DNA of 64,000 nt from Vicugna vicugna (taxonomy: Eukaryota): contig MU058035.1 in the NCBI GenBank assembly GCA_013265495.1, forward strand, positions 11,175 to 75,174. The letters are read 5' to 3'. The position numbers and the translations under genes were made by a program. The notes below the pieces were generated by a model. That model was given only the letters and a program-made list of their open reading frames with translations, ran no database searches and was not told the origin of the DNA. Positions within the stretch are counted from its first letter, which is position 1. Each line of letters begins with the position of its first letter. Below are positions 13,040-27,241 of the stretch, one piece after another.

Positions 13040-13250
13040 AATCAAATTTGGAGTTAAAAGATTGGGTTACAATCTCACATCCATCACTTGCTAGTTCTTT
13101 CAGATTCCAGGATAGTCACTTGGGTGCCTGAACCTCAGTTTTCCTATCTCTAAATTGGGATTATTAACAGGTTGTAACACTACTAATAGGGTTGTTATGA
13201 GGAACAAAAAAAAAGATACATTGTGTGGAAGGCCTTTGTAAATTTTGTTT
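13040..13250 (+). mobile_element. MIR SINE remnant
   Basis: 'cctgaacctcagttttcctatctctaaattgggattattaac...agggttgttatgagga'. Confidence 0.75.
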
Positions 13251-13374
13251 ACAATAGTGCTTTTATTTGTTTGTAGTGCTTTATTATTAGTACTAGAAAT
13301 CACAGGGTATTTTTTGCTCTTCTTTCTAGACAGGAAGATGGTCCCTCACTTCTTCATGTTTTTGGCTGAAATGG

Positions 13375-13375
<1 letters not shown>

Positions 13376-13412
<37 letters not shown>

Positions 13413-13414
13413 TT

Positions 13415-13445
<31 letters not shown>

Positions 13446-13451
13446 GGTTTT

Positions 13452-13500
<49 letters not shown>
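13376..13500. repeat. 125-nt poly(T) tract (119 T, interrupted by a, a, gg, gg)
   Basis: Read directly; non-T bases at 13411, 13416, 13446-13447 and 13452-13453. Confidence 0.98.
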
Positions 13501-13503
<3 letters not shown>

Positions 13504-13734
13504 TTTGCTGTATTCTGTGATACCTCCAACAATCCTGGGAAAGTGGCAAGAAGAAGGAAATTTAGTCCTGTATTTTGTTTTAGGTACAGTGAGATTCTGG
13601 ATAGAAACATACCTGAAAACTGAAGGAAAGAAAAAAAAGAAACACAGAGAGAGAGAGGACTAGAAAGAGAGACAGAGAGACCAAAACCCAACTGAATAAA
13701 TCACTATATGTCTATGCTAAAAGCTAAATTCAGG

Positions 13735-13930
13735 TAGTGTTTTCAAAATTTATTGTGCATGAACTACCTGGGAGCTTGTGAAAAATGTAAATTCCTGGGT
13801 CCCAACCTTAGAGATTCTGAGTCAGAGGTTCTCGATGGGACCCCAGAATCTGTCTTTTTGCTACCTTCCCCTTCTACCCTGTGTGATTCTGCTGCGGGCA
13901 GTCCCAGGAGCATTCTTCGAGATGTTGTCT
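13735..13930. mobile_element. MER5-like hAT-Charlie DNA transposon
   Basis: 'acctgggagcttgtgaaaaatgtaaattcctgggtcccaaccttagagattctgagtcagaggttc...gggaccccagaatctg'. Confidence 0.8.
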
Positions 13931-15616
13931 CCAGAATGAATGGACTTCATAGAATGTGTTTCCATGACTTGGGATCAGAGGGAATTTGCTGTTTTTCTTT
14001 GAACAGAAAGAGAAGGACTCATGGTTTGGCTAGTGTTTTAGAAGTTGTGTGAAGAAAGAGGGGTAAATGTTTGAAGCTAGGATGAGGTAGAGAGAGAAAA
14101 AAAAAGAGGTCATTTCTAAGCACAGAACATAACCAGGATGCTGATTTTATCCAGAATAGGGAATTAGGAAGAAACTAGAGATGGTGTCATCATGGTGGGG
14201 GAAAAAAAAAAACGAAGGAGAATGAAGGGATGGGAAGGAGGTGAAGTGGTCCCAAGAGTCCAGGTAACGTCTTCGGCTATAAAACTAACTCTGAAGCATC
14301 CAGTTTTACACCCTCATTCAACCCAAGAAGCACAACTTTCTCCATTTCATTTCAGGAATACTTGGAGAAACTAGTGCAGCTTTTTCTCCGTCATAGAAAG
14401 CAAATAGGTAGAATTTTGGAGTTAACAGGTTTTTGAACGGTATATACAATATATAGAAGATGGTATTAGGTGTTGAGCATACTCAAATAGGACCTCTCTC
14501 ATCTTGGGTGATCTTGGACAAGTCATGGTCATCTTGAACAAATAGAGTGTAATAGTTCAATTGAACACATCAGGGGCTGGTTCTTCAAATAGCACTTAGA
14601 GCTTAGAGTCTTGATGATGTTTGTGAACATTTCCACTAAACCTTTTTTTTTTCAGCTTAATTCTATAGAAAGCACAGATTTAACTCCAAAGGGTGAACTA
14701 GTGTCTGAGTCTACTGGTAAAAATGTCAAATTGGCATGTCGTGGGACATATATCAGCATTTCAAAACTACTTTCACTTGGGAGCTTGCCTTTAGTGTAAA
14801 CATATTTCCTTTTAATTAAGTGTGCCAGCTGATGAAGTGGCTACCCACAAACCAACCAGACAGGAGTCTAAGCATTATAAACTGTTAAAAGATGTCATCT
14901 TGAAAGCAGCTAAACGTCTCCACTCTCAAAGAAGCCTCCAGCCTGAGGAACTAAGTGAACATAATTAGAAATACATCTGGCTATTGGCCTCCTATCTGAA
15001 AAGGTCACATGCACACCTTCCACTGGTACTGGTTATGTTCCATCATTATGTTCTGTCCTTACTCATTCGTCTCCCACTGGTTACCAGATGGCCACAATCA
15101 TGTTGGTATCCTTAACAACTGTTTTGTGCAATTCCCTGCAGCATGGTGAAGGCTCGAAATATTGAGTGTTTTCCCTTTGGATAAGCAAGTGACATAACTG
15201 GGAATTGCTTCTAACGCCCTGATGGAGCAGTTATAGAGTGATGGCAAACTGGGTCATGGAGCCTACATTCAGCCTGACATTGTGCAAGTGGTACAATACC
15301 AAAGGTGGGAGGCAGGGGGTTGCCATTTCTCAGACTTAAGATGAAGGAAGAAGGATTATCCATGCAGAATCTGGTTTTTATAAACAAGCACTTAATATGG
15401 TGAGGGGTAAATAAGCATTAAGATATCCTAAGAGGGAGCTTTGTTAAGGTTGCTGACATGTTCTTGTGAGTCAAGCTGGTTCTGATGGAGCTCTCACAAG
15501 GATGCTGGGGGAGTCCTCTCAGTGTGGCTCTCCGAGTTGTGCCAAGTTACCAGATGGATCTGAGGAACATTAGAAGATAGGGGGTATGGGTCGGGGGAGG
15601 GCGGAGAAGGTGGATG

Positions 15617-16000
15617 TATCAATCATGTTGAGATAGATCATGTCGCAAAAACAAATAACCTCCAAATCACAGTCTCACTTAAAACAACAAAAGGTTTCTT
15701 TTCTGCTTATGTTATACATCCATTTAGGATCAATCAGGGGCTTTACTCCATGTTATCCTAACTCCAAGACCAGATGGGCAGGCTGGCCACTATCTGAAAC
15801 TTTACAGATGTCCAGAACAAAGGGAAGGAGGGAGTGTGGTCAGTTGCACACTGGTTCTTAAAGTAGCCACCCACTTCTGCCACGTTTCATTGACCAAAAC
15901 CACACAGCCACTTGTCTTCAATGGGTTGGGAAGCACTGTCTTTCCACCAGACCATAAAGAGAGCAAGAAATATTTGCTGAACGGCGCTAATAGCCACCAG
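15617..16000. mobile_element. MLT1-type (MaLR) solo LTR
   Basis: 'aacaaataacctccaaatcacagtctcacttaaaacaacaaaaggtttcttttctgctt' and 'cacttctgccacgtttcattgaccaaaac' are MLT1 hallmarks; length about 380 bp. Confidence 0.8.
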
Positions 16001-16511
16001 AGCAGATGATAATGCTCTTTAGACCCGTGGACATCTCTCTGGGCCCAGATGACCTTTACAGAGGCTTCAAGCACTGAAAGATTATCTAATCTAAAATAAA
16101 ACCAATACCGAATTGTAGAAGGAAGTATGAAGAAGCTCAGCTAAATTCTGATTTTTCCTACAGTGATGACTTTAATGCTTATGTATATGAATCTGATTCT
16201 TTCTAGACAGTTTCTTTGTTCTGCTGCTTGCTTGTGACCCAGACATTGTTTAATCTGTCTAGAGGGTTAGCCATCCCACTCTTTGTTTTCCCTGCCGGTA
16301 ACCCAAGACTTTCTCATGGAGCTGGGTGGGTGTGGTGGGGCTGAGAGGATGCTGTCATTAGCCAGACTGTGCTAAATGTGAACTGATACAAGAGTCCTGT
16401 TGCCTATATTTTTAGTACAAAATCAGAAGTGATCATTGAAATGATGCCATGGCCATGACAGTTCTTTGTTGGAGGGAAGAGGATAATGGAAGTGTTTTCT
16501 CGTTTGTCTAG

Positions 16512-16742
16512 GGGAGGACGAGGAAGAAACAAACGTGATAGTTCTCAGCTATCCTCAGTACTGCCGGTACCGCTCGATGCTGAAACGCATCCAGGATAAG
16601 CCGTCTTCCATTCTAACGGACCAGTTTGCATTAGCCCTGGGGGGCATTGCAGTGGTCAGCAAGAACCCTCAGATCCTGTACTGTCGGGACACCTTTGACC
16701 ACCCAACCCTAATAGAAAATGAGAGCATATGTGATGAGTTCG
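16512..16742 (+). CDS. ARID5B: ARID5B internal coding exon (exon 4 in human numbering), 231 nt, phase 1 at both ends; encodes (G)EDEEETNVIVLSYPQYCRYRSMLKRIQDKPSSILTDQFALALGGIAVVSKNPQILYCRDTFDHPTLIENESICDEF
   Basis: Peptide recognised as the ARID5B N-terminal region. Acceptor ttttctcgtttgtctAG ends at 16511; donor is G|GTGAGT at 16743. It joins in frame with the exon at 62983 (TTC G|CG CCA = F-A-P). Confidence 0.97.
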
Positions 16743-19700
16743 GTGAGTCTTTTTTTTTTTTTCCTACATGAAATACGTGTGTGTGTGTGTCTAGTTGTTT
16801 TCAGTTCTTATGAAGAGCAGTGATGGGGAACAGGGCTTACGTTCACAAGCCCGGTGTGCCATCCCACCCCGCCCATCCCCCACATTATTGCGGCATAAGA
16901 CGTCAGTGCCTTCTTGGCAGCCTCTGTTTACTGGGGCTCAGGATTATGATTTAGAATTTGTTGTTCAAGATAGAGTTTGAAGTTGCTTGGTCGACCTTGA
17001 AATTGGACTTTATAGGACAGGAAGCTTTCATGCTAGTTGTTTCTTAAACAGCTTTGGCTATTCAGATACTGATTTTTTTTTTATTTAACTGATCACTCCC
17101 TTTTCAGTGATAAGGAACTGTAAAAATGCACCAGTTTAACCACTTCAGTACTAGAAGGTGGATAGATAGATGATAGATCCCCATACCCCTGAATTTTTTC
17201 CCATACACGTATCTTTATAGACTATGCCCATCAAAGATGGGCATGTGTACACATATCTTTATCTGCATCTCTGTTTAGCTGGTCTCTGTAGATAGAAGGG
17301 AAGGAGGAGAAGATAGCACATCGTCAGTTTAGGAGACCTTGCGTGATGCCGTGAATGACTGGAGGCAGGGTGAGATCACATCTCTCACATCTTGACTTTC
17401 TCATCTCTTCACTGAAGAGATTGGATTGTACCAGTGGTTCTCAATAGGCTGGACAGTGATATCAGAATGCCCTGGAGGTGCATCATCAAACTTGTTCCTT
17501 GCAAGTTCCTATACTTTTTATAGAGGCAAGAACGCCCTCTGCCCTCACCCTACCCTTCTCTGGGAATCACCATCACAGAGTGACCAGGGTGATGACTGAA
17601 CCGCACTAACTCCCTCCTGGGTACCTGGGTGGAGAAGTGGCGGAGACCCCTGGCATAGAGAGAGCACGGGGTCCCTTTGGGCAGGAACATTACTTGATTC
17701 TGTTGGGTAATGTTTTCCCAAGGCTGGCTAATTTGCAGATTATTTAGATTCAGATTATTCTGTTTAACCAACCATTAACAGGCCTCACCATGGTTTCAGG
17801 AGTCCACTGTGGCCTCTCCAATCTGATTAGTCATGACTCCAGCAGCCCCATAGCTGCTGCGGGAGGGAGATTGTAAGTAGGTGTGTGGGCAGAGGAGGGG
17901 TGAGGATGATGGGAGGGGATATCTTGATCAAAGAAGGAAGGGAGGAAGGAGAGGATGGAGACCCAAGTTTACTGGACATGACTTTGTTTAATTGGATATG
18001 ACTTTGGTTTTTTCTTACAAACTGTTTTTTCAGATGCCTTTCACAAGTCTGGTCTTGTTGGTGTGTAAGAGTAATAGTGTTTATACAAGTTATTTTTCCT
18101 TCCAAGAAGATTTTATTGTCATTCTTAATATTCACATAACCTTTTTATTCATGTAGATGAATGTATCCAATACCTTTTTTAAAAAAAATACTCTCTTTTC
18201 AGATCAGCATTTATAAACCTTCCCTTTTCAATACTTCTCTTGTGTGTTTTTCCCCTGTATCCCCTACTCCCAAGCCCTCCATTCTGCTTGCTACTCAAGA
18301 GGTCTCTAAATTCCTGACACAAAATAAAACTGAAAGAATGCTTTCCCTCATTCAAGATTATTCAAAATTAGAGTTTCACAATGTAATATAATGAAAAAGT
18401 GTTTTAACCTTTTTGGCTAATTTAAGAGTTATTAGTCATTGAGTTTCAAAGCTGTTGCATCTCTAATTGGTAACAGAAAGAAGTTCCAATTTAACAGCGA
18501 TCACAGTGGTTGTTAAGAGTTACTAAATTAGTTGTAAACGTTCTCACAAACACAAGCATGTGACTTCTGAATGTTTTCCTGAACTTTCTTCTGGTATGGC
18601 TAATTTTAATGCTGTTTTTCTTCTCCAGCCTCTTAAAGCGGAAGCTTTCTTTTGGAATAATGGTACCTTTAAAGAGCTTCTAGATGGCTAGTCCAATGAT
18701 AATTAGAACGTTCGATTTTTTTAGTTGTCTGTACCCCAAATAGTTGGTACCACTTAGTGTATTTCATTTTTGTAAGTGAACAAAAAAAAGCTTATTCTGA
18801 CCTGATTTGAAGACCTTCACCAACATCCCTCACCCACCTTCCCCTTTTGGTCATACATCTTAATTCCCAGAGAAATTCCTTTAAAACCCCCAACTGGTTA
18901 TATTTGAAATCAACATGGGTTAAAGGGTTTGTTAAAACGCAGGGTTGGGTTTCTCCAACCAACTAACAGTTGGTAGAAGAACATAAATTTAATTAGTGAC
19001 TGGCATTAAACAAATGTTCCTAATATTAAACACTGCCAGATGACTGAAACACTTCTGTCAGATTGCCGCGAGTGCCAGGGGGCCCACAGATGAATTTTCT
19101 ACACAGTATATATTCTGTACCACACGTTTGGTGACTTCAGTAATTGGTCAAATGTAATTTAGGTAACAGTATGCCTAGGCTGTAAAAATTCGATTTTATT
19201 AGCCATATCACCAGGTGGATGAATGGTGGAGCTGATGGCAAAGACTTTATAGCATTTAGCAGCTACACCTTTGACACATGAAATTCATAAATTGCCATAA
19301 AATACCTCCAAGGCCCTTCTCCAAAGGACAGTGTCTGCTTTCCTCTGATTAAATAATGTTTATTTTATTAACTAATATATTTTTTGCTTTCTTCTATTAA
19401 ATGGAATTATGGAGTGTGGGTGGGAGGGAAGGAGGTGTTCAAAAGATGAATAAAACACAGTCCTCGCTTGTTTTGAGTATTTAAACTCTAATTGGGGAAG
19501 ACAGGATTAACGTACCTGAAAGGTTAAGTAGTGTTACAAGAAAGTCAATGATTAAGTATTGGGTGAATGTTGCAGAAAACAAGTACGGTCAGGATTTTGC
19601 GCAGTAAGCTGGTGGGTGGAGAAGGTGGCATGGCTGGAGGTGGTGATCATGGCAAGGGGTCAGGGAAAGCCTCATGGGAAAGGCAGGACTGAATCTCGTG

Positions 19701-21569
19701 TTAAAAACAGGGAGAGGTTATTAGAAAGGTTTTGGAAACACTTAGATCATTTAAAAGTCATGTCCTGACTCTCCAAGTTAGGAATGGCCGCCTTCACCCT
19801 GGGTCAGCTGTGGGTCTCTCCTTGGTTTGTTTGCCCTTGGTCATCACCCTCAGGAGGTCCTGCCATCTGGGTGGGTTTTATAAATGGCTTGGTGCCCTCT
19901 CTACCAATGGGACATGACTGTGAGTTGGTGGACCAGGCCTGGGACAAACCCAGGCTGTGGCTTTGAAATGGAACTGGGCTTTCTAACTCGGGTAGGGATG
20001 CCCCTGCATTTCCTCAATGTGCGATCCAGCTTCCTCACACAGCCCAGGTTCATCTCTGAAAATGGACTTTGCTCGTGTGGCAACCTTGCCCAACTCCCCA
20101 GACACCTCCCCGCTTCCCACTGTTTTAATGTTGCCCACTGAATAACACATCTAATTGAACAATAAAAGTAAGGCTTTTAAATCTCCACTGAGTTCCTGTA
20201 AATAAATTCTCCATGGAATTTTATGAAGCTGTTTAATGAAAAGTTTGATTAGAAACTATTAAAGAAAAATACAATAGATGAAATTTCATCATTTAGTCCC
20301 ACATTACAGTAGTGTCATTTTGATTTTTATTTACATTGGATATTCAGAATAGAGTAAATATATCCTGGTCTTAATTAACTATTCTCCTTACTTGGGAAAG
20401 GTTATTTTAGGCTTGAAGGATTTTGATAGCATACCATCTGCTTTCTTCACTGTATTTTATTCAAGTCCCTTTCTTGCTTACATTGCAGCACAGTGTCTAA
20501 ACCTATGACATAAGCATAAATTGAATCATATTAATGGTAGGTGATTGAAAAGCTTCAACCCCAACATCCTGCTTGCGTTCTTCCATCTTGTCAGTTACAG
20601 TGCTCTTAAGGGCAATGTGCTCTCTTCTTAGAAGCACAAGAGAATTGACTGTTTTTAAAAGTAAAGCAGTGGAAGCCTCAATAAAGCATTACAGAAACTG
20701 GTTGTATTGCACATGCAGTTAGCAAATGAGATTATAATAACAATGAGGGGGTAAGTGACATTATGAATGGCAATTTTTTCCATAAAAATCTTGACCCTGT
20801 GTATAATTCCTGCCCCCACTGTCCTGTCAAGAATCTGCTAACATAAGGCATTCTCTGACGCCTCCCCCTTTGCTTATACTTCTTTTTAAAATTTGATTCT
20901 TCTTTTATAAAGACACACACTGCCATTTATATTGTATTACTGTCTATGCTGTAGGGAAGACACACACATGCAAACGTTTTGTCTGTTTTTCCTGGTAGAA
21001 CAATAAAATGTCCACCAGTTTGTAATGCACAATGTTTATGTTAATACCACACAGATTGATTTCACATGTGTGAAGTGTTGACAGCTAAATCCAAACAGAG
21101 GCACCCCACAGTACAGTAGATAAATGGATAACTTTAAGGTATTGGCTTCTATCAGAGATGGAAGGCAGACTCAACATAAATGACATGAAATCAGTTTTGT
21201 AAGGTAGGTGAGGCTAAATGGATTAAGATATAGTTCATTAAAAAATAATAAAAATGTGGTTTATTTTGGTTTGAGTTTTGAATTGCAAAGAGACATAAGT
21301 CGTACTTTGAACTTCTTTGGCAGATGGTGTGTGTGTGTGAGTGTGTGTGCGTGCATGGGTGTGCTCATGTTTCTTGACAGAGGAATGGGATGGGGTTAAA
21401 GGAAGGATGTGGTAAATCACCTGACAAGAACAGAGGTGAGATGAACTGTCATCTTGGTGTTTGGTCCACGTGTAGAATGCCATGAGCTCTGATCTTCTGG
21501 GAGAAGTTGGCTACATCCGTATTAAAACATACATTCTGCCCAGGGGCTGAGAGGCAGGGGGCGGTTGGA

Positions 21570-21725
21570 CAGCGTGGCACAGTAAAAAGAGTGCTAGGCT
21601 TATAGGCAAACAGCCCAGGTTTAATCAAGGCTCAGCCGTCTGATTTGTTGTGCCTCTGGGCAAGTGATGTAAGGTCCCTCCCTTATCCCATCTATAAAAT
21701 TCAGTAGTAACAGCCCACTTGCTGG
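21570..21725 (+). mobile_element. MIR SINE remnant
   Basis: 'cagcgtggcacagtaaaaagagtgctaggcttt...ctctgggcaagtgatgtaagg...ccttatcccatctataaaat'. Confidence 0.7.
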
Positions 21726-23369
21726 GCTCAGAATAAGTCTGTATCCACTTGATTTAAAAAAAAAATTCTCTTGATAAATGAAGATTCTCTCCTGGTTTCT
21801 ATTACAGTCTTAGACCTCAGACAGATGTAGGTCGTCATCTAAACTGATCTTGCTCTTTGAATAAAAAAGGAACCATTTTCCTAAGGCTCTGAGGCTCTTA
21901 CTAGGACCTGAATGGAAAAGAAAAGTTTTTGCTTTTTACAATATGTTTGAAAGAAGCTTTTCTGACTCGGCCCAGAACTTTCCCTTTCCATTTTCCTGTT
22001 GGGTGAAATAATGACATAGACAAAAGAAGAAAAAGTAAAGGGAAGGAGAGACACAGAAGAGGGAATGAAACCTTGATTTTTTATGAAAGAACACCCAAGA
22101 CAGTATAAAATTATTTTGAAACGTAAAGGACTAGCTGGACTCTGCCTCTTCCCTCTAAACATCACATGTTTTACTGGAAATGAAAGGAAAGGCGGTTGTT
22201 TTGTTAAGGATCATGGGAATTTGTAAGTGAGTAAACATTTTTTTCCTTGCCAAAGTAGGTTTCATGGTCACAGTGGATTTCAGTGATCAAATGGCTTTGT
22301 TCCTGGCCCCGTCCACACTCAGACTTTCCCTGCCTCCTGCCTGCGGTGCCCACCAACCTCCCAAATGATAACAAGGAGGATGTTTCTCTTTAATTGAAGT
22401 AAAGTGGGAAAGGAGTTGGGCTTCTTGTATATTCTGTTTCTGCAGAAGACCTTAACCTTCAGAGATCTCACTTGGAGGGCTGCTCTGTCTTGGACATTTT
22501 CTAGAGGTTCTGTTTGTCATTAGGGAACGGTCTAACCAAGGCTGTGCTTGGTACCTTCTCTTTATTGCATATGCTGCCAAAGCAGGGACAGAGAGGATGT
22601 TAAGTTCATCAAACCCAAAAAACTCTGCTGGTAGAGATGTGTAGGATGTGTTCTATAGGACATTACCGTTAACATGGGGCTTTGTCCTCCAGGACAGTAA
22701 GACACAAAGAGGGCTGGAGGACAGGCTTCTTGGGCAGAGGTGTTGGAAGCTAGGGTCTCATCTCTTTTGGGGTTTTATGTTGCTACTGTAAATTAATTGA
22801 CAGAGTCATGATATATGGAATGGATAGGATTAGTGGATTTCTTTTCTATTTTTGGAACCTGAAAGGATATTTTAAAATAATGCTGGACTCCTTTTGAGTG
22901 GACTCAACAGGTTATTAAAAACTGCTTGGACTCAGGTTCAGTAACCTCTTGTTGACCCCAGAAGAAAGGATGTGTGTCTGTATTGGTTAGTATTTCACCT
23001 AGGATTTCATCTAAAAAAGCAAAAAAGCTATATCCCATTACATTAGCAAGATCAACATATTCCTTTCTAGGGCAAAATACATTTTTATCAATTAAAATAC
23101 ATAGACACACACACACACAATCTATAGGAAAGAGCCAGGTTATTGAAAAAATCACAGGCAAAAGTGCTAGTTAGGGGTAGGATTGGTGGAATGAGATTCA
23201 GAATAAGTCCGTACTCACTTAATTTTTAAAATCCTATTGATGAATATTCTCTCTAAACCTCTTCATTCTATCCTGTCAGGGAAACTGGATTGATTTAGGT
23301 TCCTTGGACTGTGTGTAAGGATGTCTGGGGACGCCTAGAGCCCAACACAGTACCAGAGACACACAATGC

Positions 23370-24325
23370 CCTTGTCCACTCATGCGTTTCACCAGTATCT
23401 ATTAAATACCTACAGCGTGACAAGGACCGTTGTGGTCCCTGTGCACACAGTTGTGAGCAAGACAGAAAAATTCCCCACTCTTAAGGAGCTTATAGTGCGG
23501 TATGTGGGAAGGGCATTGGCAAAATGTGGGACAGCCATGGACCATACCTTGTAGGGTTGTTGTGAAGATTAAACGGGTTAATGACTTAAAACACTTAGAT
23601 GGTACATGGCATGTACTGTTTAAGTACTCATTGTCAGCTGAACCTTCCTGAACCTCTTGCATCCAACACAACCTTAACCACATATCAGGCCCGCAGTGAT
23701 TCCTCCAAAAACACCCTCAAAATGGTTATATACCTATACAGGCTGCTAGAGAAAATGAGGTATAGTACACTACTCAAACTCATTCGACATCCATTCATTC
23801 CAGAAATACTTGTTTGTTTGTCCTTCAGCCTGGAATGTGTTTCCACAGATATCATGGGTCTGGCTTCTCATCATTCCAACCTCAGCTCAGATGTCTTCTC
23901 CCCAGAGAAGTCTTCTCTGACCTCCCCCTTTCCACAAATCCGGCTCTATCCCATCACCCAACATATAATTATCTTCCTATAATTCATCACTATCAGAAAT
24001 TAGCTCCTATACTTGTTGTTTTTTTTAAACATGCTTTAGTCTGTCTCCCCCTTCCCCACCCATACTATAATGTAATCTCTTTAAGAGCAAGGAACCTTTC
24101 TGTCTTCTCAATACTTGGCACATAGTAGGCGTGTAATAAATATTGGTTAAATGAGTGAGTGGATCCGCTCATACTGTGTGTCAATATCACTGCTCTCTGC
24201 CATTTTACAGATGAAGACACTTAAGCGCAGTAACATTACTCAGCTAGCAAGTGGGAAAACCAGGGCTTGAACCTAGACAGTGTGGCTCAGTGTCCACGCT
24301 CTTAACCCTCACACCGGAGTGCCTC
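23370..24325. mobile_element. Cluster of L2 and MIR remnants (L2 about 23375-23505, MIR about 23535-23640, L2 3' end about 23800-24165, MIR about 24190-24325)
   Basis: L2 3' tail 'cttggcacatagtaggcgtgtaataaatattggttaaatgagtgagtg'; MIR cores 'agggttgttgtgaagattaaacgggttaatg' and 'ccattttacagatgaagacact'. Confidence 0.8.
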
Positions 24326-27241
24326 TCAGCTTGGACATCGCTCAGAAAGATCTTTCAGACTTCCAGAGATCATCAGGCTGACAGGAAACAGATAACTGAC
24401 CACCAGGTCTTTAGATAATGAATGTAAAATAAGTTTTGTAGGATATAGAGATTGGAGTGTGTTGCATTGGTTAAGAAAGAGAATGGTCATAAAGATTCAA
24501 AAGCTGCAAATCACTGGATAAGGATGAATACACTCTGATGCCAGCCCCTGTCTTCTCTGGTCTGTGATACACCGTCTCCCTGCTTCAGCCCTTGCTGTCC
24601 TTTGGTCTCTTTTCAATACACCAACCAGAGTGATCACTTCCCTGCTCAAGTCTCCTGTTGGCTTATCTCATCTCATCTCATCAGAGAAGCAGATGTGAGC
24701 ATAGAGTCCTTTAAGGGTTGGGGCTACTTAGAAGTTGAAGGAGTCGGTAATAATCTGCCCTGTGTTCTCCTGGATTCTTTTTAAGACATGGGATTGCTAT
24801 GCTGACAGGACTTTCATTATACACCTCTCTGTAATTTTCTGCTTAGAATGCACTGGCTTTCCCAACTTGGCATCCTTTTTTTTAAATGAAAAAATTATAG
24901 GTCTAATTTCAAGAAATGAAATGTATGCAAGCTTTTCTGCTTTTGTCACTTCTTTATTCCTGTAGCACATAAATCATTTCCCTTTTTAAAATTAAATTTC
25001 GCTTGCCATGATTTGGTAATGGGTTTTCAAAGGAGGCAGAGTAGCCAAGCTCTCAGCTCAAGAGCCAGCTGTGCTGCCTGCTCAGGAAATCTCATTGCTG
25101 GCTGGCCTGGGCCTTGATCCCATCATCTGGGCTTTATGCTCCCTTTGGAAGTTGCCTAGAAATTCTCTCCTTAAGACTTGCCTCTCTGAACGGCCTTTTT
25201 AGCTCTCCAGGTGCCATCTTGGTGTGCTACAGAACATGAGACTTGGGCAGAAAAAGATTGGTGTGTTCGAATGCTTATTGGGTGCTTATTCATTCATTGA
25301 GACTGGCTCTAAGTCAGAGCTCCAGGCATTGTTGGGATCTTGGTCTCTGTTCTCAAGACACTTAAAAATCAAGTTGGTTGAGATAAGACTTGGAGCAGTG
25401 GTCACTACCAATATTATCTGTGATCCTTTTAACAATCTCGCCTTTGACCTGTGAGCAATCTTATGGTCACCCAGTTACCGCAGGGTCACGGACCAAGCAC
25501 GCTGCTGAAATTAGAGTGAGCACCTTCCTCGCCCAGTCTGCTGACCCCTGTGGATGGTCACACTTTTCTACCACAAAGTGAGAGGAGCATAGAGCTAATA
25601 GCCTGGAGTTATCCTGAAGTTCAAAAGAGACGATATCTGCCAAGCTTTGTAAGTGGGAAAGCCACATAATGGACACTGCAGGGCAGTCTGCAAAGGGCTA
25701 ACTGAGGAGGTCAAACTCTAGGGGCCACTGAAGATAAAGGATGCATGAAAGAGGGCCCGGATGTCAGGGGAGGCCTCTTAGAGGAAGTGGAGCTTCAACT
25801 GGACCTTGAGGGATTCAAAAAGGAGGAAGTTATTTCAGGTGATGAGGTGGAACTACTCTGGACTTTGAAAGCTCAAAGAAAGAGGTTTTTTCCTTTGCCA
25901 CTTTTAGCTTTCAGCGTAGACAGAAAAACAGCCTCCACAAGCAAAACCCTTTTTCTCTTCCTAGAAGATGTCACCTTCTCCTGAGGCAACATGTGGTCCT
26001 GAGTCTTTCTCTCACAGGCCCCATTGTGGTTAGGACCCAGAGGAAGCATCTTGGAGGAAAAATCAACTTGTCTCTTATTAAATTAGAAATGTTCCCATGG
26101 GCCTATAAGAAAGAAAAGGAAAGAGGCACCAACTTCACAGTAGGGAGTAAAGGATGAGATCCCTGCTTGATTTCTTGGCTGTTTAAAGGGCTACTTCTAG
26201 GCTGAAAGAGTAGCTTCAGAATTATCACCTTGGACCCTTTGCTCTTCTCCCCTCTGTGTTACTCAGTGCTTTTCCAGAGTTATTTTTTTTTCCTTCTGCT
26301 TGATATTAAAGTTAACAACTTCAATTGCATTTCTCTCCACTAGATTCTAAGCTCCTATGGGGGTAAGAATCATGCCTTACTCATCTTTGTATCAACATAT
26401 GTTTGTTGAAATGATATAAAAACTCCACTAGATTCCAGAGGGCTTCAGATCTCCATCATCTTGTTGCCTTTCTTAAAGTCAGATATTTCTTGACATCAAT
26501 CTTTAAGTTTTTGTTCATTGCCAGTTGGTTTAATTCTCAGAAGAAGGTGTCTAGCTCAGAGGAGCCAGGTTTCTCTCAAAGTTTACTTACCTTTTCAGAC
26601 TAGAGGAATGTCCTTCACTAATTGGTCAGTGTCTCTGGCTGAAGACTGTGCATCTGTTATGATGCTTAACAGGCCCCGGAGTCTGCACAACCTAGGGTGC
26701 TCTTTCTGAGGAAGGCAAGGGGCATCCTTAAAATAGGGCAGATGGTAGCCTGTATCCAGAAGTCAGTGCATCCACCTTTTCCGCCTCTAACCCACAGGTA
26801 TCAAAGTTCATTGTGGAAATCAAGGAACCAGTGGTGGGGCTATTAGCATACAGGACGTTGGCAAGTTCTAATTAAGCTCTGTGGCTCTGGAACATATACA
26901 GTACAGCTAGGTCACAGTTCAGGCCGGAGACTTATCAGAAGTGCTGGGAAAGAAAAGGCCTAGCCAGTATAACGTTCATTACTAGGAAGATCACTTGGTG
27001 AATGGCACTTACGCCCCAAGGATACTTCGTGGGTCGGTGGCTTCCTCTGTGTTGTCTGTGGGTGGGGATGAGGTCTTCTGTCTCCCAGGAGAGTTCCATA
27101 GAGGATCCTGGTTGAGGCACTTGCACCGCACTCAGGGTTTAGCAGGTCACATATTTTTCTTCACAGTCCCAGACATGAACGTTAGGTCTTTAAAAACAGG
27201 AGATAAAATATTTTAACAAAGATATCCCATGCAGTGTCAGA

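Noticed and set aside
13245..13691. Poly-Phe and poly-Lys ORFs
   Set aside because: Translations of the poly(T) tract.
16535..16771. 78-aa ORF as a stand-alone gene
   Set aside because: It is ARID5B exon 4; the GTG start and the GESFFFFPT tail come from ignoring the splice sites at 16511 and 16743.
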